In this document: positions 1-12,504 of the stretch, piece after piece
Layout: every line of letters begins with the position of its first letter
How positions within the stretch are numbered: position 1 is the first letter of the stretch
NCBI RefSeq assembly: GCF_001194135.2
Contig: NC_068983.1
Location: 71,153,493-71,185,554, forward strand
Length of the DNA: 32,062 nucleotides
From: Octopus bimaculoides
Lineage: Eukaryota
Direction: 5' to 3'
Notes under the pieces: generated by a model
What the model was told of the DNA's origin: nothing
Seen by the model: the letters and a program-made list of their open reading frames with translations, nothing else
Database searches by the model: none
Position numbers and translations under genes: made by a program

Positions 1-324
1 GGAAAGGTTTCAAAAGAATGTCCAAGAAATTGCTTAAGCGATGTGTTTCGCAGGAGGTGCCTGCTATAATGGACTCACGGACAAAGAAAAAGATTACATC
101 ACTAATTTCAAATGCAAGCCCAGCCTCTTCTATGGCCTCCCTAAAATCCATAAGAACAAATCCATCACCGAAGCTTGCAAACTCTCCTCTGAAATCTACA
201 TCAACATCAAGGCACCGGAAGATTTAAAACTAAGACCCATTATAGCAGGCACCTCCTGCGAAACACATCGCTTAAGCAATTTCTTGGACATTCTTTTGAA
301 ACCTTTCCTAAGCCACATCAAAAG
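1..324 (+). mobile_element. Penelope-like element (PLE) RT N-terminal fragment with inverted 5' arm
   Basis: About 76-324 translates without stops as LTDKEKDYITNFKCKPSLFYGLPKIHK...PEDLKLRPIIAGTSCETHRLSNFLDILLKPFLSHIKS, with the FYGLPKIHK and LRPII motifs typical of PLE RTs. 1-72 is the exact reverse complement of 237-308. Homology appears to stop near 324. Confidence 0.88.
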
Positions 325-609
325 TTTAGGAGAAATAATACCATTAGGTAGCGGTTGTGAGTGTCTTTGAGTCCATCTCAGGAGAGTTGGAATTAATTCA
401 TAACATCACACACATTTACATACTCACGTATGCTGGTACAGTAACATACTGGTATACATACACACTGATATCTACATGCTAACACATGCAGATAATAGAC
501 GCACGCACACACACACAATATTACATATGACCGCTGATATCTACACACATTCTTTCACACACTAACCCACATGTTGATACACCGGCATACACCTTCTACA
601 TATGCATGC

Positions 610-650
<41 letters not shown>

Positions 651-660
651 NNNNNNNNNN
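651..660. other. Assembly gap (10 N) within (AT)n
   Basis: N run; the other gaps are listed separately. Confidence 1.
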
Positions 661-697
<37 letters not shown>

Positions 698-994
698 TCA
701 CACAGTCGCATACACTCATATTAACACACGCATCGATAAGCACATACTGATTCACATAGATGTATTGATACACACATTCGGTGGTACTCACAAACGCTAT
801 TTTCCTATAATGCTGCACAAAGGGATAATAGTATCGAGTAAATCGAAATACGTGTGAGGTACAAATGCAGGATGAGTTGAAACAATTGTGGTGGATTTGA
901 TAAAGAATCTCGTGAGTTCCATTTTATTATCTGATCTCTCTCTCACTCTCTTTCTCACCCTCCCATTTCTCTCTCACGCTTTCTCTGTGCTTGT

Positions 995-1200
995 CTACCA
1001 TAAGGTCTGCGAATCTGACGGACGCTTCAAAAGACACTTTAAGATCCACAAAGATCAGTACTTAACTGCAGCTCTTTGAGGTCCAAATCGGATTTGCAAT
1101 CTGTGTGGGTATCTTTTCAAAGCATTGTATGGTTTAAAAAGGCACATCAGATACCATGATTGTTCTAAGGTGTAGGTACAGGAGGTGGTGAAACTCTGCA
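995..1200 (+). mobile_element. Degenerate 3' end of an RTE-like LINE with two C2H2-type fingers
   Basis: One frame reads KVCESDGRFKRHFKIH...*GPNRICNLCGYLFKALYGLKRHIRYH; 1095-1157 is an exact C-x2-C-x12-H-x3-H. There is an in-frame TGA at 1077, and a (CA)n tract follows. RTE-type assignment is from recall of similar C-terminal CxxC..GLxxHxRxH repeats. Confidence 0.5.
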
Positions 1201-1235
<35 letters not shown>

Positions 1236-1505
1236 TTATATATATATATATACATGTGTGTGTGTGTGTGTGTATAGTGTACTGTTCTGTGATGGTAAGA
1301 TCACCAAAAGAAGTACTCCATCTGGTGAGAGATAATTATTATCGAATAAAGAATATATGTTTTTATGTGCTACTATTAGTTTCATGAGAATAGAGCATGT
1401 CAGACAGTATTAAAAAATAGCGTTAAAAAATACTGTTTGACATCCTCGCATCGCATGAAACTAATAGTAGTACATGAAAACATATCCTATGTTTAGTAAT
1501 ATATA

Positions 1506-1583
1506 NNNNNNNNNNNNNNNNNNNNNNNNNNNNNNNNNNNNNNNNNNNNNNNNNNNNNNNNNNNNNNNNNNNNNNNNNNNNNN
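1506..1583. other. Assembly gap
   Basis: N run flanked by short AT tracts. Confidence 1.
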
Positions 1584-2182
1584 TATAAACGCTTCATATT
1601 TAATAAACTTCATAGAAAACGGTAACCAACTTTTAGAATGGCTTTTAGTAACACTACAAAGCATATGTGCTTGCGAAAAATATATTTATTCGTTTTCAAA
1701 ATATTTATACTATCTCTGTTAATCTGATCGTTTGGTGAGTGCATTGGTACATCCTTGTTTCTGATTGTTCAGGTTACTTTTAGCTTTATTTGCAATAATC
1801 ATTACTGACAAACATTTCATTACGTAGATTGTTCAAAAATAAAGTGTTTTTCTTACAAAATAGCTTCTTATATTTATCATTTCATGTATTGAGATACTAT
1901 TTTTATGTAAGTGACCTTAACTAAATGCTATTTATTCTATACTTACAAGTTACCTCAATAATTGAGTTGCATGTAATCATGTTCGTTTCTGAAAATATAC
2001 GCTGCGGCTTTCACTAAAAGAACTTAATTTGTTACTTCAAAATATGATGAACGATCTCATATTTAATTCCAGAAGATATTATTTTTAGTCATCGCGTATC
2101 CTAGAAATGACGAATTTATGCTCTGAGTGGACGTATTTGTGCCGTACAGTTCTTAGAACGTGTATCCCTTTCCAGCTTCTCT

Positions 2183-2220
<38 letters not shown>

Positions 2221-2449
2221 ATTGTTTCATATATGTATATGTGTGTGTGCGTGCATGTGTGTATATGTATATAGCTATGTATGTATAAGTGTGTGTATGT
2301 ATATATAAGTGTGTGTATGTATGTATTTGTTGAGGCACATTCCAGAATTTTTAAGATTATTTTAGGATAGGTAGTTATAACGGTTCTAAATAATTCTAAA
2401 TACATCTAATAAGCTGACTTGCCCAATTTTGTTACTCCAGACTGAAATA

Positions 2450-2695
2450 GTCGGCTATCCAAATTTTGCTCTCTGTAACCACAGATGTCCTATAAGCTAA
2501 TGGAAAAGGTGCAGGAGGATGTGAGAAGGGTCCTGGACACCCTCACTTTGGAGGATTTTTATTGGGCTCTTCACGAAGTAACTGGAGTGCTACAACAAAT
2601 GCATAGAAACTAGAGGGTCCTACTTTGAAAGAGTTTAGAGTTTTGTATTTCTTTTAATTTAATGAATCTCAGAATTTTTGGAACACATTTGGTTT
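2450..2695 (+). mobile_element. mariner transposase C-terminal remnant
   Basis: YPNFALCN (like YSPDLAPCDF), then VRRVLDTLTLEDF / TK*LECYNKCIETRGSYFE with a frameshift, matching the mariner C-terminal KCIExxGxYFE ending. Confidence 0.7.
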
Positions 2696-2794
2696 GTATG
2701 TATGTATGTATGTATTTATGTATGTGTGTATATACGTATGTGTGTGTGTATGTATGAATGCATGTGCATGTGTGTGTTTATATATATGTGGGTG

Positions 2795-2844
<50 letters not shown>

Positions 2845-3094
2845 GTGTGTACAGATGTGTGTAATTATGTGCATACATACATAGGTGTAGGTAAAATTAG
2901 TTAACCATGCATGCCCATTCAACTATAGCAAACATACAATGGCGCATGTCCTTTTCTCATACAAAGTGGCGCTAACTCCCCACAAACTATTTCTTAAATA
3001 GATCTGACATGCGATTTATATAGCAGAGTTCTACACGACAGTGGGTAAAAAATTGTGACCTGAAGCATCTACGCCAATTGAATCATGAAAGTAA

Positions 3095-3300
3095 GGCTTA
3101 CTGGATGTAAGAGAAGACTGGTGTTTCACATAAGACTTTCTAAAAGAAACACCCAGCGATTATCGACATGAGTTGTTTGAGACTGGGTATTGTATTCTAC
3201 TGACTTTCAGCAAAACAAGTGATTCTCATTGAGCTAAATGTCCTTATAAGAGTAGAATAAAGGAATCCCACATCTACAAGACTGAAAAAATATGGCAACG
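3095..3300 (+). mobile_element. Restriction-like endonuclease (REL) domain remnant of a HERO/NeSL-like non-LTR retrotransposon
   Basis: With frameshifts reads GLLDVREDWCFT*DF / HPAIIDMSCLRLGIVFY*LSAKQVILIELNV / PYKSRIKESHIYKTEK / Y. This fits the REL pattern DW..vD...LRPDIV.....K.V..IELTVP.E....AH..K..KY; the catalytic PD is mutated. Confidence 0.62.
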
Positions 3301-5325
3301 CGGCCATTAATTGGAGAGGTTTTCGTTTTAGCGATGCACGACAATAGGAAGAAGGAAAACGTGAAGCTAAGCTATTAGGAATTCGTGGAAGCGAGCATTA
3401 TTTCCCATATAAATATCATATCCAGTTTACTAAAATTGAATTATTTATCTGTTTTATATTTTAAGGCAGAAAATGAAGATAATGAAACTAATCTAATCTG
3501 TCAAACATTATTCAGAAATACATTTCAATAACTGTAAATATATGATAACAATATATCGAGCTGTGTGTATACATGTGTGTATGTTTGTGAGAGAGAGAGA
3601 GAGAGAGAGAGAGACTCTGTGTGTGTGTGAGAGAGAGAGAGAGATTCTGTGTGAGTGAGACACAGAGCGAGAGAGACTGTGTATGTGTGTATGTATTTAT
3701 ATGTATGTATAGATACATGTATTACACGTGTATATATGCATTCAAATATGTGTGTGCGTATATATATGTGTGTGTGTATATATATGTGTGTGTGCGTGTT
3801 CATTACATAAGTATATATATCGCCTGCTTATATAGACACTCTCATACCACTATGTGTGTGTGTGTATGTGTGTGTGTGGGGGGGGGTGTACACACACACA
3901 CATTTGTAATTCTCGCTTTGTTAAAATTAAACTGATTTTGCATAAAGCAACACATAAATAACAAATGTTTTCACATCTCAAAACAATGAAAGCGAACATG
4001 TCGAGCAACGTGATAATAATTACATGCAACATTATCGCTGCCTTCCTCTCGCATTTCCTATTGCTAGTGGTAATTCTTTGTTTTAATATCCTACTGTTTT
4101 ACTAAAGACCTTGCGACGAAATGTTGAAGGTAACTAATCATAAATTCCGGTTCGGTTTCTGTTTTAATAGTAATTCCGTAAGTTAGAAGTTCAGTGATAA
4201 ATGACAAAGATAATGTCAACTTCTGGGTATGGATATTCGATATTAACAAACAAATATAAATTTGTATAATGCAAATTGTTTTTTGTGTTTTTTCTTTGTG
4301 GGGTGGGGTGGTCTGAACTATAGTGATATATGAATAGTGAACAGCCGTTTACTTTCGTATATACTCCTGAAGCTGATGGCAGAAAAGAGCAACTACATCT
4401 GTGTTTTGTATCATTACTAATTCCTTCGAACATCCGAACCGTAAGCTATTTTTCTGCAGCCAAAGTTTCGACACTCTCTGCTTTTATTGATACAATTACA
4501 CATGTACTCTTTGGTTAACAACCAACTCAATTTTGGACTCTCCTTCTATAGGGTATACTCCATATCATGCCACTAAAGCGAAACGTGCCACTGTAAAAAC
4601 TGAATAGATATGTTCAGTTCTGTTTAGCGTGTCATTACATGTTATTTTGACACATTAACGTTTCTGACTGGGTTTACTGACCAGTTTGTCTAATGTGGGA
4701 AGAAGATGGAAATAACTTACATAGATCTGCAACGTTAAGGAAAAAGAATAACATATAATACATAAATATTTATGAAATTTGTCTATTTTAGATGGGAAGT
4801 GACTTGCATCTGTATGAATAGAAGTAATAGTATGATATTGCGGTCAAATCCTTCGGCTATAATTTCTCTGGAAGCTACAACATGCACAGAGGCAAAAGAA
4901 TGGTATATATTTCTTGCAAAATATATAACTTTAATAATGGATAATTTCTTCTTTATTAATTAATTTTTTTGTCATTTTAAATATTTTCTCTTGCAAATGC
5001 CATATGCAATATAATTTCTCGGAAATCAATTCGCAATTCTTTTTGGTGTCCGAAATAATGCCCAACTGTATTTACGTGGAATCTCAGTATTTACTAAACC
5101 TAAGGAATTAACATTTCCTAACTGAATGACACGAAGACATAGTTCGAAATTATATATCATTACAACAATATGACATATTTATATTTTCAAGTATTATTTT
5201 AAATTTAAGACTTATAAAATACCTGTTTATTTAGTTTCAGTTTTAACAACTGCAAGTGATTTTCTTGTAATCAAACAAAAATAACAGTAAAATCGGCAAA
5301 ATATCCGGTAACATTTGTATGTATA

Positions 5326-5335
5326 TGTGTGTGTA

Positions 5336-5395
<60 letters not shown>

Positions 5396-5425
5396 TGTTT
5401 GTGTGTGTGTGTGTGTGTGTGCGTG

Positions 5426-5457
<32 letters not shown>

Positions 5458-5465
5458 TGCGTGTG
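5326..5465. repeat. (GT)n/(GCGT)n compound microsatellite
   Basis: Directly visible. Confidence 0.95.
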
Positions 5466-6118
5466 TCCGTTTATTTAGCTCATAAAGGTTACTGATATGT
5501 AACACACAAATGTTCGTTCAGTTTTATCGACAAATAACATTGCTTCTTTCAGGAACTATAATTGTTGACAACTGCTTCCATTCCCTTTGGCTTTTATCTT
5601 CTAGGAAATCACTGCCAGAACGTTTTCCGAGTGGGCATTAATCTTGTGATGAATGAAGATATTTAGGCCACAAAACAAAGATAACTCCTATCATAGACTT
5701 TTGTTCTATCGCATAGTTTCTTATAACAGCCAGGCGAGTTACGGCATAGTTACTGCCAGCAGATGTTTACATTGTATCAACACTGGCCTCATGTCAAACT
5801 ATCGATAAATACCATGGCGCTGAAAGAATAGAGAAAGAAATTCTAGGAAACAATATTCAAAAATTTTATCATGAAACATAGAGACCTACTTTTTTTTTTA
5901 ATATTTAGTTCAATGACATACATGTAAGTTCCTAGTAACAGAGCATTCAATTTTCTGTATTTAAATGGATCTCATTCAAAGTATTCCTTCAGTGATATCT
6001 TATTTCCAGCTTCCAATCATTTTCATCGATTAAGAAGCCTTAGAGAGAGAAAAATATTTCGTCTCTATTTCGATATTGCTTTAAAGTTGTGTGTATATAT
6101 ATGTGTGCGTGTGTGTGC

Positions 6119-6121
<3 letters not shown>

Positions 6122-6198
<77 letters not shown>
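6122..6198. repeat. (AT)n microsatellite
   Basis: Directly visible pure array. Confidence 0.97.
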
Positions 6199-6210
<12 letters not shown>

Positions 6211-6327
6211 GTATGTATATAGGTATGTACGAATGCATGTATATGTATATCAATCATGCTGCACCGGCACCTTTATATATATATGGATGTATACACCAAT
6301 ATGTAAGTGAGAGTGTGTGTTGTATGT

Positions 6328-6379
<52 letters not shown>

Positions 6380-7301
6380 GCACACATGCACACACATATA
6401 CACATATTCATATATGTATACGTATATCCATATTCATATATGTATATTTTCATGCATGTATATCATATATATTATATAGTGTACGTATGTATGTATGCAA
6501 ATGTTAATGCAAATGATAATGTTTTGATATGAACATGGATGGAATGGAGATAATTTACGATTATATTTCTAAAATGGTTATAAAAAGCAGTCGTTTAATA
6601 CAATTTCGAAACGGATTCAGTCTTATTTTGTGATATCCAATATAAAACTAAAATACTTTTGATTTATTTTTTTTAGCTTCATAAAATAAATCACCAAGTG
6701 AAATGTCCTAGTACATCTGCACATGCGTGTATAAGGTATATATTACACATGAAAATACGTAGCTATAAACTGAGATATATATATACATGTATACATATAC
6801 ATATATGTATATACACACACATATATATATTTATATCTAAATGTATACATCCATATGTACATGCGTTTATATATAATATATATGTTGAGTGAGAGAGAGT
6901 GTGTGAGTGTGTGTGTGTGTGTTTGTATGTGTGTGTGTGTTAGGGGGAGAGAGAGGGAAGAGCCATTGGAAACAATAACACAATCTAACAACAATGCAAA
7001 ACGGATGTATACAACCAACATTTTAAACTCTCAAAAACACGACAATGCTCCTCCTGGTGCTCTTATGTGGCCCTGTTGGTTCGAATATCTTTAGGACTTG
7101 TCTTTTCTGCTCTTACTTTATAATATATTTCCTTTCTCGCCCCTAACGTTACCTTTCGCCTAGACTGCGATAGAAACAAGGATTCTGAGTAATTGTGGTT
7201 GGCTCTGACTTCCATTCCTGTGTTTTATGACCGAAATAAAAAGAAACGACCAATCTCCTTCCCGAGGAATAGGCTCATATGCTGTTTCCCGGACTCTGTG
7301 G

Positions 7302-7303
<2 letters not shown>

Positions 7304-7389
<86 letters not shown>
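7304..7389. repeat. (AT)n microsatellite
   Basis: Directly visible pure array. Confidence 0.97.
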
Positions 7390-7393
<4 letters not shown>

Positions 7394-7399
7394 CACACA

Positions 7400-7570
7400 A
7401 CGCAGGACGGGACGTGAGTCCATCGCAGGATTACTCATTTTTGCCAACTGCCGCTGAGTGAACTTGAATGGCGGTAAAATTAAATGTTTTCATCAAGAAT
7501 ACAATGCGACGCTCAGTGAAGGAATCGAAACCGCAAACTCACACTTATGATCGCAGTACAGTGTTTTCTA
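7400..7570 (-). mobile_element. Degenerate tRNA-derived SINE fragment
   Basis: GGAATCGAAACC at about 7520-7531 is a reversed B-box (GGTTTCGATTCC). The flanking sequence resembles reversed SINE heads (from recall). Confidence 0.35.
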
Positions 7571-8143
7571 GCTCAAAATTGAAAAAGATGACATGTTCTA
7601 TTTATTCCACTAAAAGGATAATACTTTCCTCATGCGGCTTACAGGGTTACATTCAACAGTTCTTTTGTTGTATTAAAACCCCTTTCATTCTACTTGGCAA
7701 TAGAGATATTTTTTCTCTGTTCCCTCTTTTATTTGCTCCTCAGATAGATGTTACGTGCCGTGCCTCACCCACATAGGTCTTTCTCCAGCAAAAGTTCATG
7801 TAAAAATATGTTTCAATGTTCAGTTCGCCGGTGAATATGCATCACTTTTGATTTAGAATGCAATTTACTGACAATCTTTCCACTCCAGTTATTCGCATTC
7901 GTATGCTGCTTTCATTTGTTTAAGTTCAGCATTTATATGTTCCGCTTCAATAAAATTACCATTCTCTTTTTCTACCTACGAACTGTGTTTTTTCCTTCAT
8001 GTTGTTTGGTGTAGCTCGCATATTTCGTAACCAATTTTCTGTGTGAAGCAAATGTATCTTTAAATATATGTGTATGTGTGATGTGTGTGTGTTTGTGTGT
8101 GTGTGTGTGTTTATTTTTGAATATATATATATATATATATATA

Positions 8144-8480
8144 NNNNNNNNNNNNNNNNNNNNNNNNNNNNNNNNNNNNNNNNNNNNNNNNNNNNNNNNN
8201 NNNNNNNNNNNNNNNNNNNNNNNNNNNNNNNNNNNNNNNNNNNNNNNNNNNNNNNNNNNNNNNNNNNNNNNNNNNNNNNNNNNNNNNNNNNNNNNNNNNN
8301 NNNNNNNNNNNNNNNNNNNNNNNNNNNNNNNNNNNNNNNNNNNNNNNNNNNNNNNNNNNNNNNNNNNNNNNNNNNNNNNNNNNNNNNNNNNNNNNNNNNN
8401 NNNNNNNNNNNNNNNNNNNNNNNNNNNNNNNNNNNNNNNNNNNNNNNNNNNNNNNNNNNNNNNNNNNNNNNNNNNNNNNN
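8144..8480. other. Assembly gap
   Basis: N run flanked by (AT)n. Confidence 1.
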
Positions 8481-8808
8481 TATATATATATATATATATA
8501 TCTGTATATATATATAGCCATATATACAAAAAATATATACACATACATATGTGTTTGTGCGTATGTGTGTCCTTATCTATTTGTGTGTGTGTGCATTTGT
8601 ATGTATGTGTATTTATACATGTATTTATATATACGAAGTGAAAAATTCTAGGCTTTGGGTACAGAAAATACTGGTGAATCAGTTAATTATGATTTCTTTA
8701 AAACATATTCACACGATTATTGCAGCAATCCTTCTGTCCTTCCAGCCAGGCCCTTCCTGATACCCTTAAATACCAGAAATTTTCAGCACACTCTCGTGTA
8801 TACACACA

Positions 8809-8863
<55 letters not shown>

Positions 8864-8899
8864 TTACTGAAAAGTGCCTGGCTTTAAGGTTATATATAA

Positions 8900-9210
8900 A
8901 TCTTAGAGGTCCATGTTCCAAATATCGGCAGTAGAGAGAATTTAATAAAGGAACTGTTAGACACTGCCAGCTTTCAAATATGCCACCTTCGAAATTACGA
9001 GCAAAAACACTATTGTACCAGATTTTTATTTAAGATTTCTGAATCGTTCAACTGCCAACCGGAAGAGATCAGAAATCTAAAGACGACATCTACTGAAACA
9101 TTTTAAAAATCATTAGATAAGCACCTAACGACGATAACGGACCAGCCAGACTATTCAAAGATTCACTCAGGGGGATCAACTGCTACAACTTCAATCATTG
9201 GCCAACTTAC
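8900..9210 (+). mobile_element. CR1/L2-group LINE ORF2 C-terminal remnant
   Basis: Frame from 9044 reads SFNCQPEEIRNLKTTSTETF*KSLDKHLTTITDQPDYSKIHSGGSTATTSIIGQL, resembling the FNxLPxxIRN...FKxxLDxxLxxIPDQP...SNSI ending of this group. Confidence 0.55.
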
Positions 9211-9494
9211 AGCCATAATGTGAGAACAAAACTGAAAGAAAATAACTTCAGTCGGTGATCCAGTGTGGCTTCATATTGCTTTAAGGTGGCCTCAGGAACC
9301 ACATGAGAAGACACCAAGTGAAGTGAATGAATTGTTGACATTGGCGAATGGTAGTAATGATAATGTGAGTGTGGTGTTGATTGTCTATTTGGTTGGATGT
9401 TTTTTGCCTGTCTTCTCGCTGAACACTAACATGTTATCTTCAGCGACAGAGTCTATCACACACACACGCACACACATGCGCGCATGCAGACACC

Positions 9495-9532
<38 letters not shown>

Positions 9533-12473
9533 TATATATATATATATTAACTTACAAACAAGACGCGCTATAAAATGTGAGCTATAATGTTAACTTGTTA
9601 AATCCTGTCTTTCATATTCATTAATGTAACAAAGAGATTTGTTTCCTTGTTCTGAAATTACTTTTATTAGGATTTCTTTTCCTTGATGATATATATGAGG
9701 AAATTATGAAAACAATTGGCAGGGTTTAAACACCAATTGAAATTTTATGAATGATCAAACTGGACAAAAAGAGAAGATAAGGATCAGGAACGATTCTTCT
9801 TTTTCTTTGTCTCTTTCCTTTTCCCTCCTGAAGGGGCCCATGAAAAAAGAACTTTCACATTATGGCCTGACCAGTGCTTTATCTTCTTTCTGTGAAAGTG
9901 AAAAGGAAAAATAATTTTACATACTATATCGGAGATAACTCAAACATTTCAGCAGCTGAATATAAATTTAAAACAAATTGTAGTTCTTTGAAATTTAAAT
10001 CTCATCAAATTGGAAGAGTAGGATTATGAATCGTAAGACTGCGGACTCTACCAGACTTGTGATGTCGATGGAGTAGCAGTGTTGAGTGTTTGTAATTTCT
10101 AGAGAAAACTGGCTGAAATTTTGGAAGGTGTTTAATAAATAAGGCAGAGATGCTATAACGAGAGCGTTAAAAGAGATAGCTGTTGTATCATTGAGACTGT
10201 AGGTTGTTGAAAATCATATTGCAAGTTAACTGTATCTGAAACAACTATAGCTGATGAAGGAGAAGGCATAGGAACACATTACTTCAATGAGCTAGTGGTT
10301 GCTTTTTATCTAACTGAATTGCTGTACAATAATGTAGTCAACCTATGTAAGCAATATTCTGTTGTTTTTCAAACGAGACATTGTTATTAATGATGTTGAA
10401 CGAGATGTAGCCCTTAGCAATTCGATAGCAAAAACTAATATATTTTGTTAGATTATTAGAAAAAAAAAAGAAAAGTCGATGAGATGAATATATATATTCT
10501 TTTCCTTAATTAGCAAGGTGAAATGACAACATTATACATTATAGGTACTAATAAAAGACAAGAAAGAGGAACAAATTTAGTTATTGTCCCATTCGTTTGT
10601 CTTTCTTTATCTCAAAATGTTATTCGATGTCTAACATAATTTACGTTGAAAAAGTTAGCATCTTTTTAGTTCATAATGATATTATAACATCCTTTTATAA
10701 AACTTTCCAAAATTCGACGGCAAATAGTATAAAATAAGTTGCCATTTCATTTTCTTTTTGTAAACAATTTTAACATGCGTGAAATTAAATGCTTGCTTCG
10801 ATATTGTCGTTTCCATGGGAAAATAACATAAAACCTGACCTAACGACAAATACGTGCGCACGCAAACGGGGCACATATACAGACATACACACACACATAT
10901 TCTGGTCGGTAGGTTTATGAACATTGTGCAGATGGAAACCTAATAAGACGTACGAAAAGAGATTGTTAAGCATGAACGTACTAACATTACAATGTAAAGT
11001 GACATAAGAAACTATAGTGAAATCAAGGAACTTGATGTATGCGCAGAATATTTTATCCAACATTTAGTTCAATTTGACATGGTTGGTGGCACTGTTAAAC
11101 TTAATGGAAATACATTTATCTTATGTAAGCTCAGTGTAGTCCATTTTGCGAAAACTCACCGGAAATTTGGAGTTCTTGATGTTTCTTCTAAAAGTTCTTT
11201 TTTCGTTAGAGTAGGTGATATAATGCTGCAACGCGCAAAATTGTTAGAGGTACTACAAGTAATCACTAGACTCTACACAACACAATCAAACAAAGTAGCT
11301 TTTAACCCTTGGGATTTATTGGCGTGGGATTGTGCAAAAAGCTGAAATAAATGAGACATTGTTACTCATCACATATTTAATCAAGTTTATGTAAGGATTT
11401 GAAAATTCATTTTAAAGTATTATATCTCGTTGTTGTTTGTAATAATCAAAGGTAGACTTATTGGAGGTGGAATTATTGAAGGAAATAAAATTTTTTATTT
11501 GTACCCAGGAAAAAACACTTTTTCCTGACATAGGAAAAATCTTTCAATTCTTCTACATGAGAAGTATTTTCTCTTTCATGGGAATCTGGGAATCCGCTTT
11601 TTCTTTTTACTAAAAATTGATGCCAAAACATGATTAAAGCGTATTTAATCCTCAATTATTTTGTATATCCCTGAGATGACGGTCTTAATCGAAAACAGCG
11701 ATGTAAAATGAAAAATATAAAGAGAATAAAACAAAATGAAGTGTATTTAGTTTGCACTTATAATCCGCTCTTGCTCACTGAGTATAAGTTACAGCAAATG
11801 AAACAAATAATAATTAGAAATTTTCATTATTCAGATAGTTTTTAGCAATTAATAATTAGCACGATTCATTATTTTCAACCTACAAATTAATTTCAATTTA
11901 TGACTTCAGAAATCACAGTGAGTCGGGCAGCTTCCTATGCAGAATATATTTGCGAAAGAATGAATTTTCTTTGCTGATTACGACTAACATCTCAAGTGTA
12001 TTTCTCTTTTTTGTTTTTTTTCTTTGGCATGTATACTATAAACAACTCAACAAATTACATTTTATTTTGGGACCGAAATTTTGAAAATTACGAAGCATAA
12101 ATATACAGAAAAGTGTGAAAAACAAATGTTAACAGAGTAAAAGTAAATTACATTGACAATGTTATGTATATTATTTTTTTCCTAATAATTACACAGGATA
12201 GATTGCACCAACCTTTCTTCTTTTAATTACTGTATATACGCTCATAAGTTAGGGAAACTTTATCAAGATCTCGGAACTTACTCGCTAATTTCGGTTGGAA
12301 TTATATTTTGCTTATTGTTTTCACAAACACATACACACGCACACACGGAGACACACACACGCACACACATACACGCACATAGATACATGCATACATATAT
12401 ACATACACACACACACGCACGCAGACATACACATACACGCACATACATACATGCATACATGCATACATACATG

Positions 12474-12504
<31 letters not shown>

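Noticed and set aside
4171-4177. Plus-strand 7-nt segment with strong splice signals; similar cases at 5909-5923, 18495-18513, 21356-21395 and 23601-23619
   Set aside because: Lengths and phases are mutually inconsistent. They show such signals arise by chance, and I used them as a control for the minus-strand set.
4640-4690. Minus-strand hairpin followed by GAAACGTT (hammerhead-like)
   Set aside because: No CUGANGA upstream.
10010-10330. Possible minus-strand CR1-like C-terminal remnant
   Set aside because: Too degenerate; no convincing motif.
11160-11187. Minus-strand 28-nt candidate exon with a CG|GTGAGT donor
   Set aside because: Not 3n, so not counted in the symmetric set. It is a counter-example among GTGAGT sites, although it could be a phase-shifting exon.
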